Shown here: piece after piece, positions 38,015 to 48,286 of the stretch
Position numbering within the stretch: the first letter of the stretch is position 1
Layout of the letters: every line of letters begins with the position of its first letter
NCBI GenBank assembly: GCA_965248835.1
Contig: CBDFLJ010000001.1
Span: forward strand, 1,760,001-1,824,000
Length of the DNA: 64,000 bases
Direction: 5' to 3'
Source: Alphaproteobacteria bacterium
GTDB taxonomy: Bacteria; Pseudomonadota; Alphaproteobacteria; MPNO01
The notes under the pieces: model-generated
The model's database searches: none
Told to the model about the DNA's origin: nothing
What the model saw: the letters and a program-made list of their open reading frames with translations, nothing else
Made by a program: the position numbers and the translations under genes

Positions 38015-38860
38015 GTGACGGCAGGCATCCCCCGCAAGGGCGACAGGGTCGCCGGCAAGGTCGCGCTGGTCACCGGCGCCGGCTCGATCGGGCCGGGCTG
38101 GGGCAACGGCAAGGCCGCCTCCGTGCTCTATGCCTGCGAAGGCGCCAAGGTCTTCGCGGTCGACAACCGTCTCGAGGCGGTCGAGGAGACCCGGGCGATC
38201 ATCGAGGACGCGCACGGCGTGTGCACGGCCGAACGGGCCGACGTCACCGACGAGCGCGAGGTGGCTGCGATGGTGGCCGCGTGCGTCGAGACGTTCGGCC
38301 GGATCGACATCCTGCACAACAATGTCGGCGGCTCGGGACCGGGGGCGGCGATCCTGGAGACCGCCCTCGATGACTGGAACGCGGTGCTCGCGCGCAACGT
38401 CAGCGCCGCCTTCATGACCATCAAGGCGGTCCTGCCGCACATGGAGCGTCAGGGCGGCGGGGCGATCGTCAACATCTCCTCGATCGCCGGCATCAGCCAT
38501 ATCGGCGTGCCCTCGACGTCGTACTCGGCGGCCAAGGGGGCGCTCAACCAGCTCACCCAGAACATCGCCGTGGAATACGCGGCCAAGAACATCCGGGCGA
38601 ACTGCGTCGCACCCGGCCTGATGAATACGCCCTTCATCCTGCGCGAGAAAGACGGCGTGCCGAACCATATCCGCAAAGGCTACAAGACCGTCGAGGAATA
38701 CCACGCCGCGCGGTCCGCGAAGATCCCGATGCGCCGGATGGGCGATGCCTGGGACGTCGCCCGCGCCGCCCTGTTCCTCGCCTCCGATGATGCCGCCTAC
38801 ATCACCGGCCAGTGCCTGGTGGTCGACGGCGGGGTGACTGCGACGAGCCCCGGCGCGTGA
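38015..38860 (+). CDS. SDR family oxidoreductase
   Basis: 'VTGAGSIGPGWGNG', 'NNVG', YxxxK (YSAAK). Confidence 0.92.
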   Translation: MTAGIPRKGDRVAGKVALVTGAGSIGPGWGNGKAASVLYACEGAKVFAVDNRLEAVEETRAIIEDAHGVCTAERADVTDEREVAAMVAACVETFGRIDILHNNVGGSGPGAAILETALDDWNAVLARNVSAAFMTIKAVLPHMERQGGGAIVNISSIAGISHIGVPSTSYSAAKGALNQLTQNIAVEYAAKNIRANCVAPGLMNTPFILREKDGVPNHIRKGYKTVEEYHAARSAKIPMRRMGDAWDVARAALFLASDDAAYITGQCLVVDGGVTATSPGA

Positions 38861-38875
38861 ACCCGGCCGGCGGGT

Positions 38876-39799
38876 CTATTCCGCCGCCCCGGCCGCGGCG
38901 GTCAGGCTCAGGGCTTCGGTCCGCGTCTCCGGCAGGGTGCGGGTCGAGCCCCACATGCAGCCGTTGAACCGGTCCATCCCGAACTGGCGGGGCCGATAGG
39001 TCGCCTCCTGTTCCGGCAGGATGTGCTTCACTCCGCAGGAATACTCGAAGATCATCCCGTCCGGTCCTTCGAAATAGACCATGATGGCGGTCGAGATCGG
39101 ATGCCGGCCGGGGCCCCAGGTGATGCGAATGCCCTGCTCTGTGAGCCAGTAATAGGCCTTCATCACATCGTCGATGCCCTCGACCTGATGGTTGATGTGC
39201 TCGATGCCGCCGTGGTTGGTGGGAAACAGCACCACCGAATGGTGGACCGTGTCGATCCGCAGGAACGGTGACTCGCCGAGCCAGTCCGAGACCCTGGCAT
39301 TGCACACCTGCGTCCAGAAGGCCTGGTCGCGCTGCGCGTCGCTGCTGTAGAGCCCGATGTGGCTGAAATGGGTGATGCCGGCATCGCGGCTTGGGAAGTA
39401 GCGGACGCCGCTATGATAGGGCCGGGCGACGATCTCGATCTTGTTGCCCGACGGATCGGTGGTCGCGATCATATCCCGGGTGCACCTGATCTCGCACTCC
39501 TCGTGCGTGCCGTGGCGCACGGGACGGCCGGCCTTCTCGAGCTCCGCTGCGACGGTATCGAGGTCATCGGGGTTCAGCAGGTCGAACCCGATGGTGTGAT
39601 CGGCCGGATCGCCTTCGAAATAGACCAGCGTGTGGTCGCGCGTGTCGCCGCGCACCTCGGCGACGTCGCTGCGGAAATAGGCGGCCTTGCCCTGCCTTGC
39701 CACGAGCTGCAGGCCGATGACATCGGTTGCGAACTTGACCGCCGAGTCCAGGTCGTGCGTTCCCATCCGCACGTATCGGATGTCCTTCAGATTGATCAT
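38876..39799 (-). CDS. VOC-family extradiol ring-cleavage dioxygenase
   Basis: 'FSHIGL', 'HINHQV', 'WGPGRHP', 'YFEGPDGMIFEY'. Confidence 0.85.
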   Translation of the reverse strand: MINLKDIRYVRMGTHDLDSAVKFATDVIGLQLVARQGKAAYFRSDVAEVRGDTRDHTLVYFEGDPADHTIGFDLLNPDDLDTVAAELEKAGRPVRHGTHEECEIRCTRDMIATTDPSGNKIEIVARPYHSGVRYFPSRDAGITHFSHIGLYSSDAQRDQAFWTQVCNARVSDWLGESPFLRIDTVHHSVVLFPTNHGGIEHINHQVEGIDDVMKAYYWLTEQGIRITWGPGRHPISTAIMVYFEGPDGMIFEYSCGVKHILPEQEATYRPRQFGMDRFNGCMWGSTRTLPETRTEALSLTAAAGAAE

Positions 39800-39927
39800 C
39801 GGCGTTCCTTCATCAAAGCGCCCATGCCCCGTGGTCCCGCCCTCGAACTCTTTGCGGCCGCCCTGGACGGTTGGCATTATGCCCCTCGATCGAGCTGGGT
39901 TCGAACGAATTCGAAAGGCAGGGCAGG

Positions 39928-40806
39928 ATGGGCGAGGCGGTTTACCGGAACTACGATTCCGAGGCGCTCTATGCGCAGTACAACAATCGCGCGATGGTGG
40001 CAGCGGACATCCGCGAGGTGCACAAGGACGAGCAGACCAGGCGTGCCGAGGTGTTCACCGCCGCCGCCGGGCGCGCCGCGTTCGACCTCGCCTACGGCCC
40101 CAGCCCGCGCGAACGCCTGGACCTGTTCCTGCCCCAAGGCGAGGACGCGCCGCTCCTTGCCTTCATCCACGGCGGCTATTGGCAGTGGAACGACAAGGAG
40201 CCCTTTGCCTTCCTCGCCGAGCAGATCGTGCCGGCCGGCGCCGCCTTCGCCAATATCGAATACACGCTCTGCCCCGATGTCAGCCTGACCGGGCTGACCG
40301 ATCAGGTGCGCCGGGCCATGGCGTTCCTGTGGCGCGAGGCGCTCCGGTTCGGGATCGACCGCGACCGTATCGTGGTCTCGGGCCACTCGGCCGGCGGGCA
40401 TTTGACGGCGATGATGATGGCAACCGACTGGCCGGCCTTCGCCGAAGACCTGCCGGCGAACCTCGTCGCGGCCGGGCTGCCGATCAGCGGCGTCTACGAC
40501 CTGGAGCCGGTCCGGCTGACCCCGCTCAACGATCTGGTCGGGCTCGACGAGGCGGAGGCGCGCGCGCTGAGCCCGGAATTCGCCGTCCCGCCGTCCCGGG
40601 CGCCCATGGTGGTCGTCGCCGGCGGCGCCGAATCCGATGAGTTCGTCCGCCAGGCCCGCGCCTTCGCCGATGCCTGGAGCGCCCATGGGGTGAGCGCCGA
40701 GGTCGTGGTGCCGGCCGGGCTCGATCACTTCACCGTCCTCGACACCCTGGCCGAGCCGGGCCACGAAGTCTGCACGGCGGCGCTTCGCCTGCTCGGCCTG
40801 CGATAG
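39928..40806 (+). CDS. Alpha/beta hydrolase (arylformamidase-like)
   Basis: 'FIHGGYW', 'GHSAGGHL', 'SGVYDL', 'DHF'. Confidence 0.88.
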   Translation: MGEAVYRNYDSEALYAQYNNRAMVAADIREVHKDEQTRRAEVFTAAAGRAAFDLAYGPSPRERLDLFLPQGEDAPLLAFIHGGYWQWNDKEPFAFLAEQIVPAGAAFANIEYTLCPDVSLTGLTDQVRRAMAFLWREALRFGIDRDRIVVSGHSAGGHLTAMMMATDWPAFAEDLPANLVAAGLPISGVYDLEPVRLTPLNDLVGLDEAEARALSPEFAVPPSRAPMVVVAGGAESDEFVRQARAFADAWSAHGVSAEVVVPAGLDHFTVLDTLAEPGHEVCTAALRLLGLR

Positions 40807-40887
40807 ATCCGTCGCCGCCGTCGCCTTTCGGATCTCGATCGGCGGGCCGGCTATACTGCCGCCCGGACGGCGCGTGAGTGGGCGGAC

Positions 40888-41655
40888 ATGGACGGAGCGG
40901 ACATCGCGTTTCTGGGGATGGCGGGGATCGGGCCGTGGGTCTTCGCCGGACTGTGCGTTGCCGCCCTGCTGACCAACTTCATCGCCGCGGTTTCCGGCAC
41001 CGCGGGCGGGTTGATTCTGCTGGCGATCATGGCGTTCGTCTTTCCTCCGGCGCTTCTGATCCCGGTACACACCATCGTTCAGCTCGGCGGCAGTTTGAGC
41101 ATCGTCGCCTCACGCTGGCGCTACCTGATGCGCGGCGTCGTCGGACCGTTCACCCTGGGCTGTGTCGTCGGGGCGGCGCTCGGCGGGCGGATCTTCATCA
41201 GCCTGCCGCAGAGCACGCTCCAGATCATCCTGGGCGTCAGCATCCTGATCCTCGCCTGGGTGCCGCGGCTTGCACGGTTCGGGCCGGAGCGCGGCCGCTT
41301 CGTCTTCGTCGGGTTCATCGTCACCTTCCTCGGCGTGTTCATCAGCGCAACCGGGACCCTGCTTGCGACTTTCACCGCTGCGGTCGCCCCGGACAGGCGC
41401 AACCACATCGCGACCGTCAGCGGTCTGATGTGCATCGTCCACGTCGCCAAGCTCGTGGCCTTCGGCGTGCTCGGCTTCGGCTTCGGCAGCTACGCACCCT
41501 TGATGGCGGCGATGATCGCAGCCTCGGTCATCGGCACCTGGCTCGCCCGGATGGTGCTCGACCGGATCCCCGAACGGCTGTTCCGCATCGCCTTCCAGAC
41601 CATTCTGACCGCGCTCGCGCTGCGTCTGGTCTGGGTCGCGGCCGGCGGACCTTAG
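40888..41655 (+). CDS. TauE/SafE family permease
   Basis: Hydrophobic, 'GTAGGLILL', 'IPVH'. Confidence 0.8.
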   Translation: MDGADIAFLGMAGIGPWVFAGLCVAALLTNFIAAVSGTAGGLILLAIMAFVFPPALLIPVHTIVQLGGSLSIVASRWRYLMRGVVGPFTLGCVVGAALGGRIFISLPQSTLQIILGVSILILAWVPRLARFGPERGRFVFVGFIVTFLGVFISATGTLLATFTAAVAPDRRNHIATVSGLMCIVHVAKLVAFGVLGFGFGSYAPLMAAMIAASVIGTWLARMVLDRIPERLFRIAFQTILTALALRLVWVAAGGP

Positions 41656-41749
41656 CTCCGCGCGGCGCGGAGGGGTTATCATCCATCGTACGAGAGCCCC
41701 GTGAGCGCCGAGGCCCGCCCTCAATGACCCACCAAGCCGCGAAGTCTGG

Positions 41750-42928
41750 ATGAGCGCCCGCGGCACGCCGCTGTTCCTTGCCCTGGTCGCGATCACGCTG
41801 GTCGGGCCGCTTTCCATACATCTGTTCCTGCCCGCGCTGCCCTATGTGCGGCTGGCGTTCGCGGTCGATGAGGGCACCGCGCAGCTTTGCTTCAGCGCTT
41901 CGATTCTTGCGATGGCACTGGCCACCCTGTGCTACGGCAGCCTGTCGGACCGGTTCGGTCGGCTGCCGGTTCTGGTCTTCGGCATGGCGGCGTTTGCCGG
42001 CGGGGCGGCGGTCGGCGCGGTGGCGCCCTCGATCGAGGTTCTGATCTTCGGGCGCGTCCTGCAGGGCCTGGGCGCTGCCTGCGGCATGGTGATGGCACGC
42101 ACGATCGTGCGCGACGTCTACGGCACGGTACGGCTGGGCCAGATGCTGGCCTATCTGACCACGGCCTATGTCGTCGGCCCGATGTTCGCCCCGCCGCTGG
42201 GCGGCATCCTGACCGATGCCTTCGGCTGGCAGTCGATCCTGATCGTGCCGGCCGTCTTCGGCGGGCTGGGGCTGCTGATCTCCCTGGCGGTGATCGGAGA
42301 GACCCGGCCCGCCGGCGATGCGCCGGCCGTGCCGCTGATGCACGGCTACGGCCGGCTGTTGGGCATGCCGCGCTTCGTCTGCTTCGCCGTCAACCCGGGC
42401 TTCGGCTCGGCCGCCTTCTTCTCGCTCAATGTCGGGGCGAGCTATCTGTTCGTCGAGCAGATGGGCCGCGATGCGACCGATTACGGGCTCTATTTCATGC
42501 TGGGACCCGCCGGCTTCATGATGGGCAACTTCCTTGCGGGCCGGCTGGCGAGCCGCGTGCCGGCCAGCACGCTGATCGTCGTCGGCTCGATCACGACGTT
42601 TGCCGGCGCGCTGTGCCTGCCGGTGCTGATCGGGCTCTGGGGCCTGTTGCCGCTGAGCCTCTTCCTGCCGGTCCTGCTGCTGGCCGTCGGCCAGGGCCTC
42701 GGCATGCCGCATGTCCAGGCCGCGGCGATGAACACCGACCCCCGGCTTGCCGGCACCGCGACCGGCATCATCGTCTTCGGCCAGCACGCGCTGGTCGCGG
42801 CGGCCACCCAGGCGGTCGCGCTGACGGCTGACGGCACGACGCTGCCGATGACGGTTTGCGGGCTTGCCGCCGCCGCGCTCGCGGCGGCCGGCGGCCTCGC
42901 CGGCGTGGTTCTGTCGCGCAAGGGCTGA
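41750..42928 (+). CDS. Bcr/CflA-family MFS efflux transporter
   Basis: 'LFLPALP', 'GSLSDRFGRLPVL', 'GRVLQGLG', 'RTIVRD'. Confidence 0.9.
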   Translation: MSARGTPLFLALVAITLVGPLSIHLFLPALPYVRLAFAVDEGTAQLCFSASILAMALATLCYGSLSDRFGRLPVLVFGMAAFAGGAAVGAVAPSIEVLIFGRVLQGLGAACGMVMARTIVRDVYGTVRLGQMLAYLTTAYVVGPMFAPPLGGILTDAFGWQSILIVPAVFGGLGLLISLAVIGETRPAGDAPAVPLMHGYGRLLGMPRFVCFAVNPGFGSAAFFSLNVGASYLFVEQMGRDATDYGLYFMLGPAGFMMGNFLAGRLASRVPASTLIVVGSITTFAGALCLPVLIGLWGLLPLSLFLPVLLLAVGQGLGMPHVQAAAMNTDPRLAGTATGIIVFGQHALVAAATQAVALTADGTTLPMTVCGLAAAALAAAGGLAGVVLSRKG

Positions 42929-42990
42929 GCCCACTCGATCCGGTTGGGACATGCTCTAAAATGGGCACAGACCTTGAGCGGGGGACGGAT

Positions 42991-44148
42991 GTGGCCAAGC
43001 CCGATTATCCGATCATCGATGCGGACAGCCATCTGAGCGAGGATCTGGGCCGGCTGGCCGAGCTTATCGATACGCGATACCGCCACTATGCGCCCAGGAT
43101 GCTCGACCAGGGGACGTCCGAGCTGTTCTTCATCGGCGGCAGCTACATGCCGCAGCCGCCCGGCATGTCCTGGGGCGAGACGATCACGCCCGGCGCGTTC
43201 CGCGCGGCCGACCGCGTGCCGAAAAAATTCGCCAACGGCGATCCAGTGGGGTTCGATCCCAAGGCGCGGCTCGCGCTGATGGACGAGCAGGGTGTCTACG
43301 GCTCGGTGATCTTCCCCTCGCAAGGGCTGTTTTCGGGCGCGCTGCAGCCCGGCGAGGTCGCTGCCGGGATATGCCGCGGGGTCAACCGCTATGTCGCCGA
43401 GTTCTGCGCAGCCGACACCGGCCGGCTGTGGAACACTGCGACCATCCCGCTGGCCGATCCGATCCTGGCCGCCGCGGAGGCCAGGTACGCGGTCGAGGAG
43501 CTCGGCGCGGTCGCGGTCTTCGCACCCTCCGGCGTGCACGGCCCGCAGCCGCTCTACCATCCCTTCTACGACCCGTTCTTCGAGACCATGGCCGGGCTCG
43601 GCGTGCCGTTCTGCACCCATACCGGGGCTGCCGTGATCGCCGAGCGCGGCCTTGCGGCCGAGCGCTTCCGCGGCCGGTTCGCGCCCTATCACATGACCAC
43701 CCATGTCTGCGAGGCGATGATCTCGGCCGCCGGTATCCTGTCCTACGGCATCCTCGACCGCCACCCGGACCTCAAGGTCGGCTTCTTCGAGGCCGGCGCC
43801 GGCTGGGCCCCGTTCTGGATCTCGAAGCTGCGCGAGAAATGGCAGGACATGGGCTGGATGATGCCCGAGATGGCGGCCGATCCGCTGGTCACCTTCCGCG
43901 AGCGCTGCCTGGTGACCGTCGAGGCCGAGGAGGCGATCCTGCCGACGACCATCGACTTTTTCGACGGCCGCGCGGTCGGCTGGTCGTCCGATCTGCCCCA
44001 TTTCGACTGCGAGGATTACGGCCGGCCCGACGCCTTGCTCGACAGCGCCGCGCTTACCGAGGCGCAGAAATTCCGCCTGCTCAACGCCAACGCAGTTGCG
44101 TTCTTCGACCTCGAGGTGCCGGGCTCGCCGGGCGCGGCAGCCGAATGA
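42991..44148 (+). CDS. Amidohydrolase_2 family protein
   Basis: 'IDADSH', 'FFEAGAGW', 'SSDLPHFD'. Confidence 0.87.
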   Translation: MAKPDYPIIDADSHLSEDLGRLAELIDTRYRHYAPRMLDQGTSELFFIGGSYMPQPPGMSWGETITPGAFRAADRVPKKFANGDPVGFDPKARLALMDEQGVYGSVIFPSQGLFSGALQPGEVAAGICRGVNRYVAEFCAADTGRLWNTATIPLADPILAAAEARYAVEELGAVAVFAPSGVHGPQPLYHPFYDPFFETMAGLGVPFCTHTGAAVIAERGLAAERFRGRFAPYHMTTHVCEAMISAAGILSYGILDRHPDLKVGFFEAGAGWAPFWISKLREKWQDMGWMMPEMAADPLVTFRERCLVTVEAEEAILPTTIDFFDGRAVGWSSDLPHFDCEDYGRPDALLDSAALTEAQKFRLLNANAVAFFDLEVPGSPGAAAE

Positions 44149-44150
44149 GA

Positions 44151-44176
44151 CCGGGCGGGAGTCCCCTCCCGCCCGG
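44151..44176. terminator. Hairpin between convergent genes
   Basis: CCGGGCGGGAG-tccc-CTCCCGCCCGG perfect 11-bp stem just after the stop at 44148. Confidence 0.6.
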
Positions 44177-44198
44177 CCATTGACGCGACTGGTTTGGG

Positions 44199-45236
44199 CT
44201 ATTTGCCGAAGATCAGCTCTCTGGCGCGGGCGACGACCGCGGGCGAAGCTTCCTCCAGCGCCTGGTGGACGACCCCCTGGATCTTGGCGCCGCTGGATGC
44301 CATCAGGCGCAGGCGGCGTTTGTTGAGGGCGGCGGTGAAGCCTGGGTCCGCGTTCATCTTGTCGTAGGCCGCGCGCAGCGTGGCGACCGCCGATTTCGGG
44401 GCGCCCGGCGGCAGGGCCAGACCACGCCCGAGAAGCCCGGCGACGGCGATGAACTTCACTACCGCCTTGTCCATCGGGTCGCTGACCAGGTCGCCCAGCA
44501 TCGGCACGTCGGCCGGCAGATCGGGGTCGCGGAAGATACCGACCTGGAGGACCGCCTTCGCGAATCGCTTGTCGCCGGTGAACCATTGCGGGACCTTGGA
44601 GCTCCAGGCCAGCCAGTTGAACGAGGCGGCGTTGGACTCGCCCTGCTCCATCGCCAGGATCGACCGCGAGGAGCCCTTGTAGCCGGTGACGATCTTCACC
44701 TTGAGCCCGAGCAGTTCCGCAGCCAGCTTGGGCACGATGTAACCGGTCGAGTTCTTGCCGCTGGTCGATGCGATGATCTGGATGGTCTTCATGTCCTTCC
44801 AGGTCTTCACGCCGGTGTCGGTGCGCACGACCATGACCATGTTGGTCTGGTTGGACGAGCCGACCCAGCTGTAGTTGCGCGCGTCGTAGCGCATCTTCTT
44901 GGGCCGCATGAGCTGGTTGACGACCGAATTGTCGAGCGGGACGATCATGCTGAAGCCGTCTTTGGGCATGGCGTTATACGCCCAGTTCATCGCCTTCGCC
45001 CCGCCCGCCCCGGGCATGTGCTGGAGGATGATGTTGGGGTTGCCGGGGATGAATTTGCCGAGATTGTCGGCAAACGTCGCGCCGTACTTGTCATAGGTAC
45101 CGCCCGGCCCGTAGGGGATGACGATCTTGATGGTCCGGCCGGCATAGTCCTGCGCCTGCGCGCTGCCTGCCGCCGCTGCGAGCGCGGCGGCCGCGACGAG
45201 CGCGGTCCGGGCGAGGCCGAGTCCGATCTGCTTCAT
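44199..45236 (-). CDS. Tripartite tricarboxylate transporter substrate-binding protein (TctC/Bug), orphan
   Basis: Signal peptide, 'PYGPGGTYD', 'MPGAGG', 'GYKGS'. Confidence 0.9.
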   Translation of the reverse strand: MKQIGLGLARTALVAAAALAAAAGSAQAQDYAGRTIKIVIPYGPGGTYDKYGATFADNLGKFIPGNPNIILQHMPGAGGAKAMNWAYNAMPKDGFSMIVPLDNSVVNQLMRPKKMRYDARNYSWVGSSNQTNMVMVVRTDTGVKTWKDMKTIQIIASTSGKNSTGYIVPKLAAELLGLKVKIVTGYKGSSRSILAMEQGESNAASFNWLAWSSKVPQWFTGDKRFAKAVLQVGIFRDPDLPADVPMLGDLVSDPMDKAVVKFIAVAGLLGRGLALPPGAPKSAVATLRAAYDKMNADPGFTAALNKRRLRLMASSGAKIQGVVHQALEEASPAVVARARELIFGK

Positions 45237-45465
45237 GTGAATCCACTCCCTGAGAAATTTGTCCGGCCCCGTCCCGCGGGCAAGGGCACCGGCGGCAAGG
45301 CTCGCACCGTCTTGGCTCCGGTGCAAGCCGATATTGCGCCATCGCCGAAGCGTTCGCACCCCTGTTTCGGGCGAAGATGCCCGGACGCGACATCGCGCGC
45401 GGTGACGCGCGATGATGAAGACCGAGATCGGCACCCGCGCGGTCGCTTGAACGATGCCGCGCCGG

Positions 45466-46191
45466 TCAAGCGGTCTCCAGCCCGGCAAGAAGCTGCCCGA
45501 AGCCGTCGATCTTCAACCGCAGCCCGAGGCCGGAGAACGCGGCCCAGAAATCGGCCGGATCGCTCGCCACCACGGGCAACCCGCAATCCCGCTCGATGGC
45601 ATCGACCGCGTCCGCGGCGGGCCATTGCGGGCAAGGGATGTAGAGCGCATCGGCGCTCGGGGAGGCGGCAAGGACCTCGCAGGCGAACTTGTAGATCTCC
45701 TCGGTATGGACGTCCTGCAGGCGCTTGAAGACGACGTCGCGGGTCTGGCGGCCGACGACCTCGAACCCGTCGGCTTCCAGGAACGCGGCGACGTTGCGGT
45801 TGACCTCCTCGGGATAGGGCGAGGCGACGGCGACCTTGCGGGCGCCCAAATGGCGCAAGCCGTTCGCCGCCGAGCGGATCGAGGTGGTCGCCGGCACGCC
45901 GGCCTTTTCCTGGATGGTCGCGATCAAGGAGGCATCGAAGCCGTGGCCGCGCGAGGCCACCAGCGGCGCGCCGAAGTGGATCACGTAATCGACCGCGCGC
46001 GAGCCCAGATAGGCGGCGCTGTCCTCCAGCGTCCCCAGCGCCTGGTCGAAGTTCTCGTTGTCCCAGAACTCGATGTTGCAGGTGATGCCGACCAGCCCGA
46101 TGCCGTCCGGCACCATGCGATAGAAGTCGTAGGGCACGACCTCCATCACCGTCGGGCTGATGCCACCGATCCGTTTTCGCCATCCGAACAT
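45466..46191 (-). CDS. Maleate isomerase / arylmalonate decarboxylase (Asp/Glu racemase superfamily)
   Basis: 'LGARKVAVASPY', 'ADALYIPC', 'GLPVVAS'. Confidence 0.82.
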   Translation of the reverse strand: MFGWRKRIGGISPTVMEVVPYDFYRMVPDGIGLVGITCNIEFWDNENFDQALGTLEDSAAYLGSRAVDYVIHFGAPLVASRGHGFDASLIATIQEKAGVPATTSIRSAANGLRHLGARKVAVASPYPEEVNRNVAAFLEADGFEVVGRQTRDVVFKRLQDVHTEEIYKFACEVLAASPSADALYIPCPQWPAADAVDAIERDCGLPVVASDPADFWAAFSGLGLRLKIDGFGQLLAGLETA

Positions 46192-46317
46192 GAACCACCT
46201 CCTGTGCCGCGCGATCATCGACGGAACCGGGCCGTCTGGCAACGGGCTGCATTTTTTTGTTCACGCTATGTGCCGAATTGTTATGATCCTTTTCCGATCA
46301 ACCGCGCCGAATTCGCC

Positions 46318-46746
46318 ATGCCGAGCCCCACCACCGAGGAATTGCTGCGCCGCGGCGTCAGCCGCCTTCTGACCGACATGGGCTATGGCACGTTGAGCGA
46401 GTTCAAGCTGACCACCGGGCGGCGGGTCGATGTGATCGGGCTCAACGACCACTGCGAGTTCGTCATCGCCGAGATCAAGTCCTCGATCGCCGACTACCGC
46501 AGCGACAACAAATGGCGCGAGTACCTGCCGTTTTGCGACCGGTTCTATTTCGCCGTTCCGGCGGCGTTCCCGCAATCGATCCTGCCCGGCGACTGCGGGG
46601 TGATCGTCGCCGACGGCTACGGCGGAGCGATCCGCCGGCCGGCGACCCCGATCGCGGTCAACGGCACCCGCAAGCGGCGCCAGATCGTCCGTTTCGCGAT
46701 GGCCGCCTCGTCCCGCCTGCACCGCGTCTTCGACCCGCACGCCTGA
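46318..46746 (+). CDS. mmcB: MmcB family DNA repair protein
   Basis: 'GRRVDV', 'EIKSSIADYRSDNKWREYLPFCDRFYFAV', 'GVIVADGYG'. Confidence 0.9.
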   Translation: MPSPTTEELLRRGVSRLLTDMGYGTLSEFKLTTGRRVDVIGLNDHCEFVIAEIKSSIADYRSDNKWREYLPFCDRFYFAVPAAFPQSILPGDCGVIVADGYGGAIRRPATPIAVNGTRKRRQIVRFAMAASSRLHRVFDPHA

Positions 46747-46789
46747 GGGCTGCGGGACCGCGCTGCGCCCGGTCCGCGCCGCCGGCGGC

Positions 46790-47548
46790 TCAGGTCTGCA
46801 GCCAGCGGCGGTCGGTCCCTTCCAGCACCACGCAGGTCAGCGAGCCGGTGAAAAAGGCCCCGGTATCGATACCGATCCGATTGGCGCGGATCTCCGGCCG
46901 GCGGACGATCGTGTGGCCGTGCACGACACAGAAGCCGTGATCGGCGCGCGAGTCCAGGAATTCGCCGCGGATCCACAGGAGGTCGTGGGTCTCCTGATCG
47001 GTGAGCGCGCGGCCCGGCCGGATGCCGGCATGGGCGAAAACGTAGCCGCCTTCGACATGGTAGACCGGCAAGCCTTCGAGAAAAGCCCGGTGGCGCGGCG
47101 GGATGGCCGCGCGCATCGCATCGCATATCCGGGTGAGTGCGCGCGCGCTATCGACGATCGCCGGCAGGGCGACGCCATAGCTGCACAGGGTGGTCTCGCC
47201 GCCGTTGGGCAGCCAATCGTGCCCCACCTCCGGCTCATCGAGGAACCGCAGCAGGAACGCCTCGTGGTTACCGCGCAGATGGACCGATTCGGCGCCGGCG
47301 ATCGGGGCGTCGATCAGCCGGTCGATCACCTCGCGCGAGGACGGGCCGCGGTCGATGTAGTCGCCGAGACAGACCACCACGGCGCGTTCCGGGCGCCGCC
47401 CGGCCAGATCTGCGGTGATCAGCGCCTGCATTTCCGCCAGCAGGTCGCAGCGGCCATGGATGTCGCCGATCGCATAGACCCGCGTGCCGGCGGGCGGCGC
47501 GTAGCCGTTCTCTGGGGTGGCGAACCGCTGCAGCAGGCGATCGAGCAT
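46790..47548 (-). CDS. Ser/Thr phosphatase-family metallophosphoesterase
   Basis: GDIHG, GDYIDRG, RGNHE, HGHT, IDTGA. Confidence 0.92.
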   Translation of the reverse strand: MLDRLLQRFATPENGYAPPAGTRVYAIGDIHGRCDLLAEMQALITADLAGRRPERAVVVCLGDYIDRGPSSREVIDRLIDAPIAGAESVHLRGNHEAFLLRFLDEPEVGHDWLPNGGETTLCSYGVALPAIVDSARALTRICDAMRAAIPPRHRAFLEGLPVYHVEGGYVFAHAGIRPGRALTDQETHDLLWIRGEFLDSRADHGFCVVHGHTIVRRPEIRANRIGIDTGAFFTGSLTCVVLEGTDRRWLQT

Positions 47549-47698
47549 GGCGCCAGGGCGTGATCGGCGGCCGGAGGCCGGGTTTCGCTGGGCCGCGCGG
47601 CGGCCGAATGTCCGGCGTGACCGCCCGATCATAGGCCTTGCCGGCCTCGGCCATCAATGTTCCAGCCGCCGCATCGAGGCCTGTCGGCCCCAAGCCGG

Positions 47699-48286
47699 TC
47701 AGTCGCCGGCCGGGGTCTCCCGCGGGGCCCGCTTGGACAGGATCCGCTGCAGCGTGCGGCGGTGCATGTTGAGACGCCGGGCGGTCTCCGAGACGTTGCG
47801 GTCGCACTGCTCGAAGACCCGCTGGATATGCTCCCAGCGCACCCGGTCCGCCGACATCGGCTGATCGGGCGGCGGCGGCAGCGCACCCTCCCGCGCCAGC
47901 AACGCCGCCTCGATCGCGTCCGCGTCCGCCGGCTTGGCGAGATAATCCACCGCGCCGGCCTTCACCGCCGCGACCGCGGTTGCGATGTTGCCGTAGCCCG
48001 TCAGGACCACGATCCGCGCATCGGCACGGGCGGCCCGCAATGCCGTCACGACCTCCAGGCCGCTGCCGTCGCCCAGCCGCAGGTCGAGCACGGCGAAAGC
48101 CGGTGGGCGCGATCCGGCCGCGGCGATGCCCTCGGCGGCCGACTCGGCGGTCTCCACCCGGAAGCCGCGGCTTTCCATCGCCCGGGCGAGGCGGTTGCGG
48201 AACGGCGCGTCATCCTCGACGATCAGCAGCGTCCGCTCGGCTGGCTGGCTGGCGCGCACGCCCGAGCCGGCATCCGGTCCTGTCAT
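47699..48286 (-). CDS. regA: RegA/PrrA/ActR response regulator
   Basis: 'PMSADRVRWEHIQRV...NVSETARRLNMHRRTLQRIL' signature. Confidence 0.96.
   Translation of the reverse strand: MTGPDAGSGVRASQPAERTLLIVEDDAPFRNRLARAMESRGFRVETAESAAEGIAAAGSRPPAFAVLDLRLGDGSGLEVVTALRAARADARIVVLTGYGNIATAVAAVKAGAVDYLAKPADADAIEAALLAREGALPPPPDQPMSADRVRWEHIQRVFEQCDRNVSETARRLNMHRRTLQRILSKRAPRETPAGD

Noticed and set aside
33264-38112. Very long Arg/Gly/Ala-rich ORFs (e.g. 33264-35750 +, 35383-38112 -; likewise 14694-17198 +)
   Set aside because: Antisense or alternative-frame shadows of real genes in high-GC DNA; no recognisable motifs.
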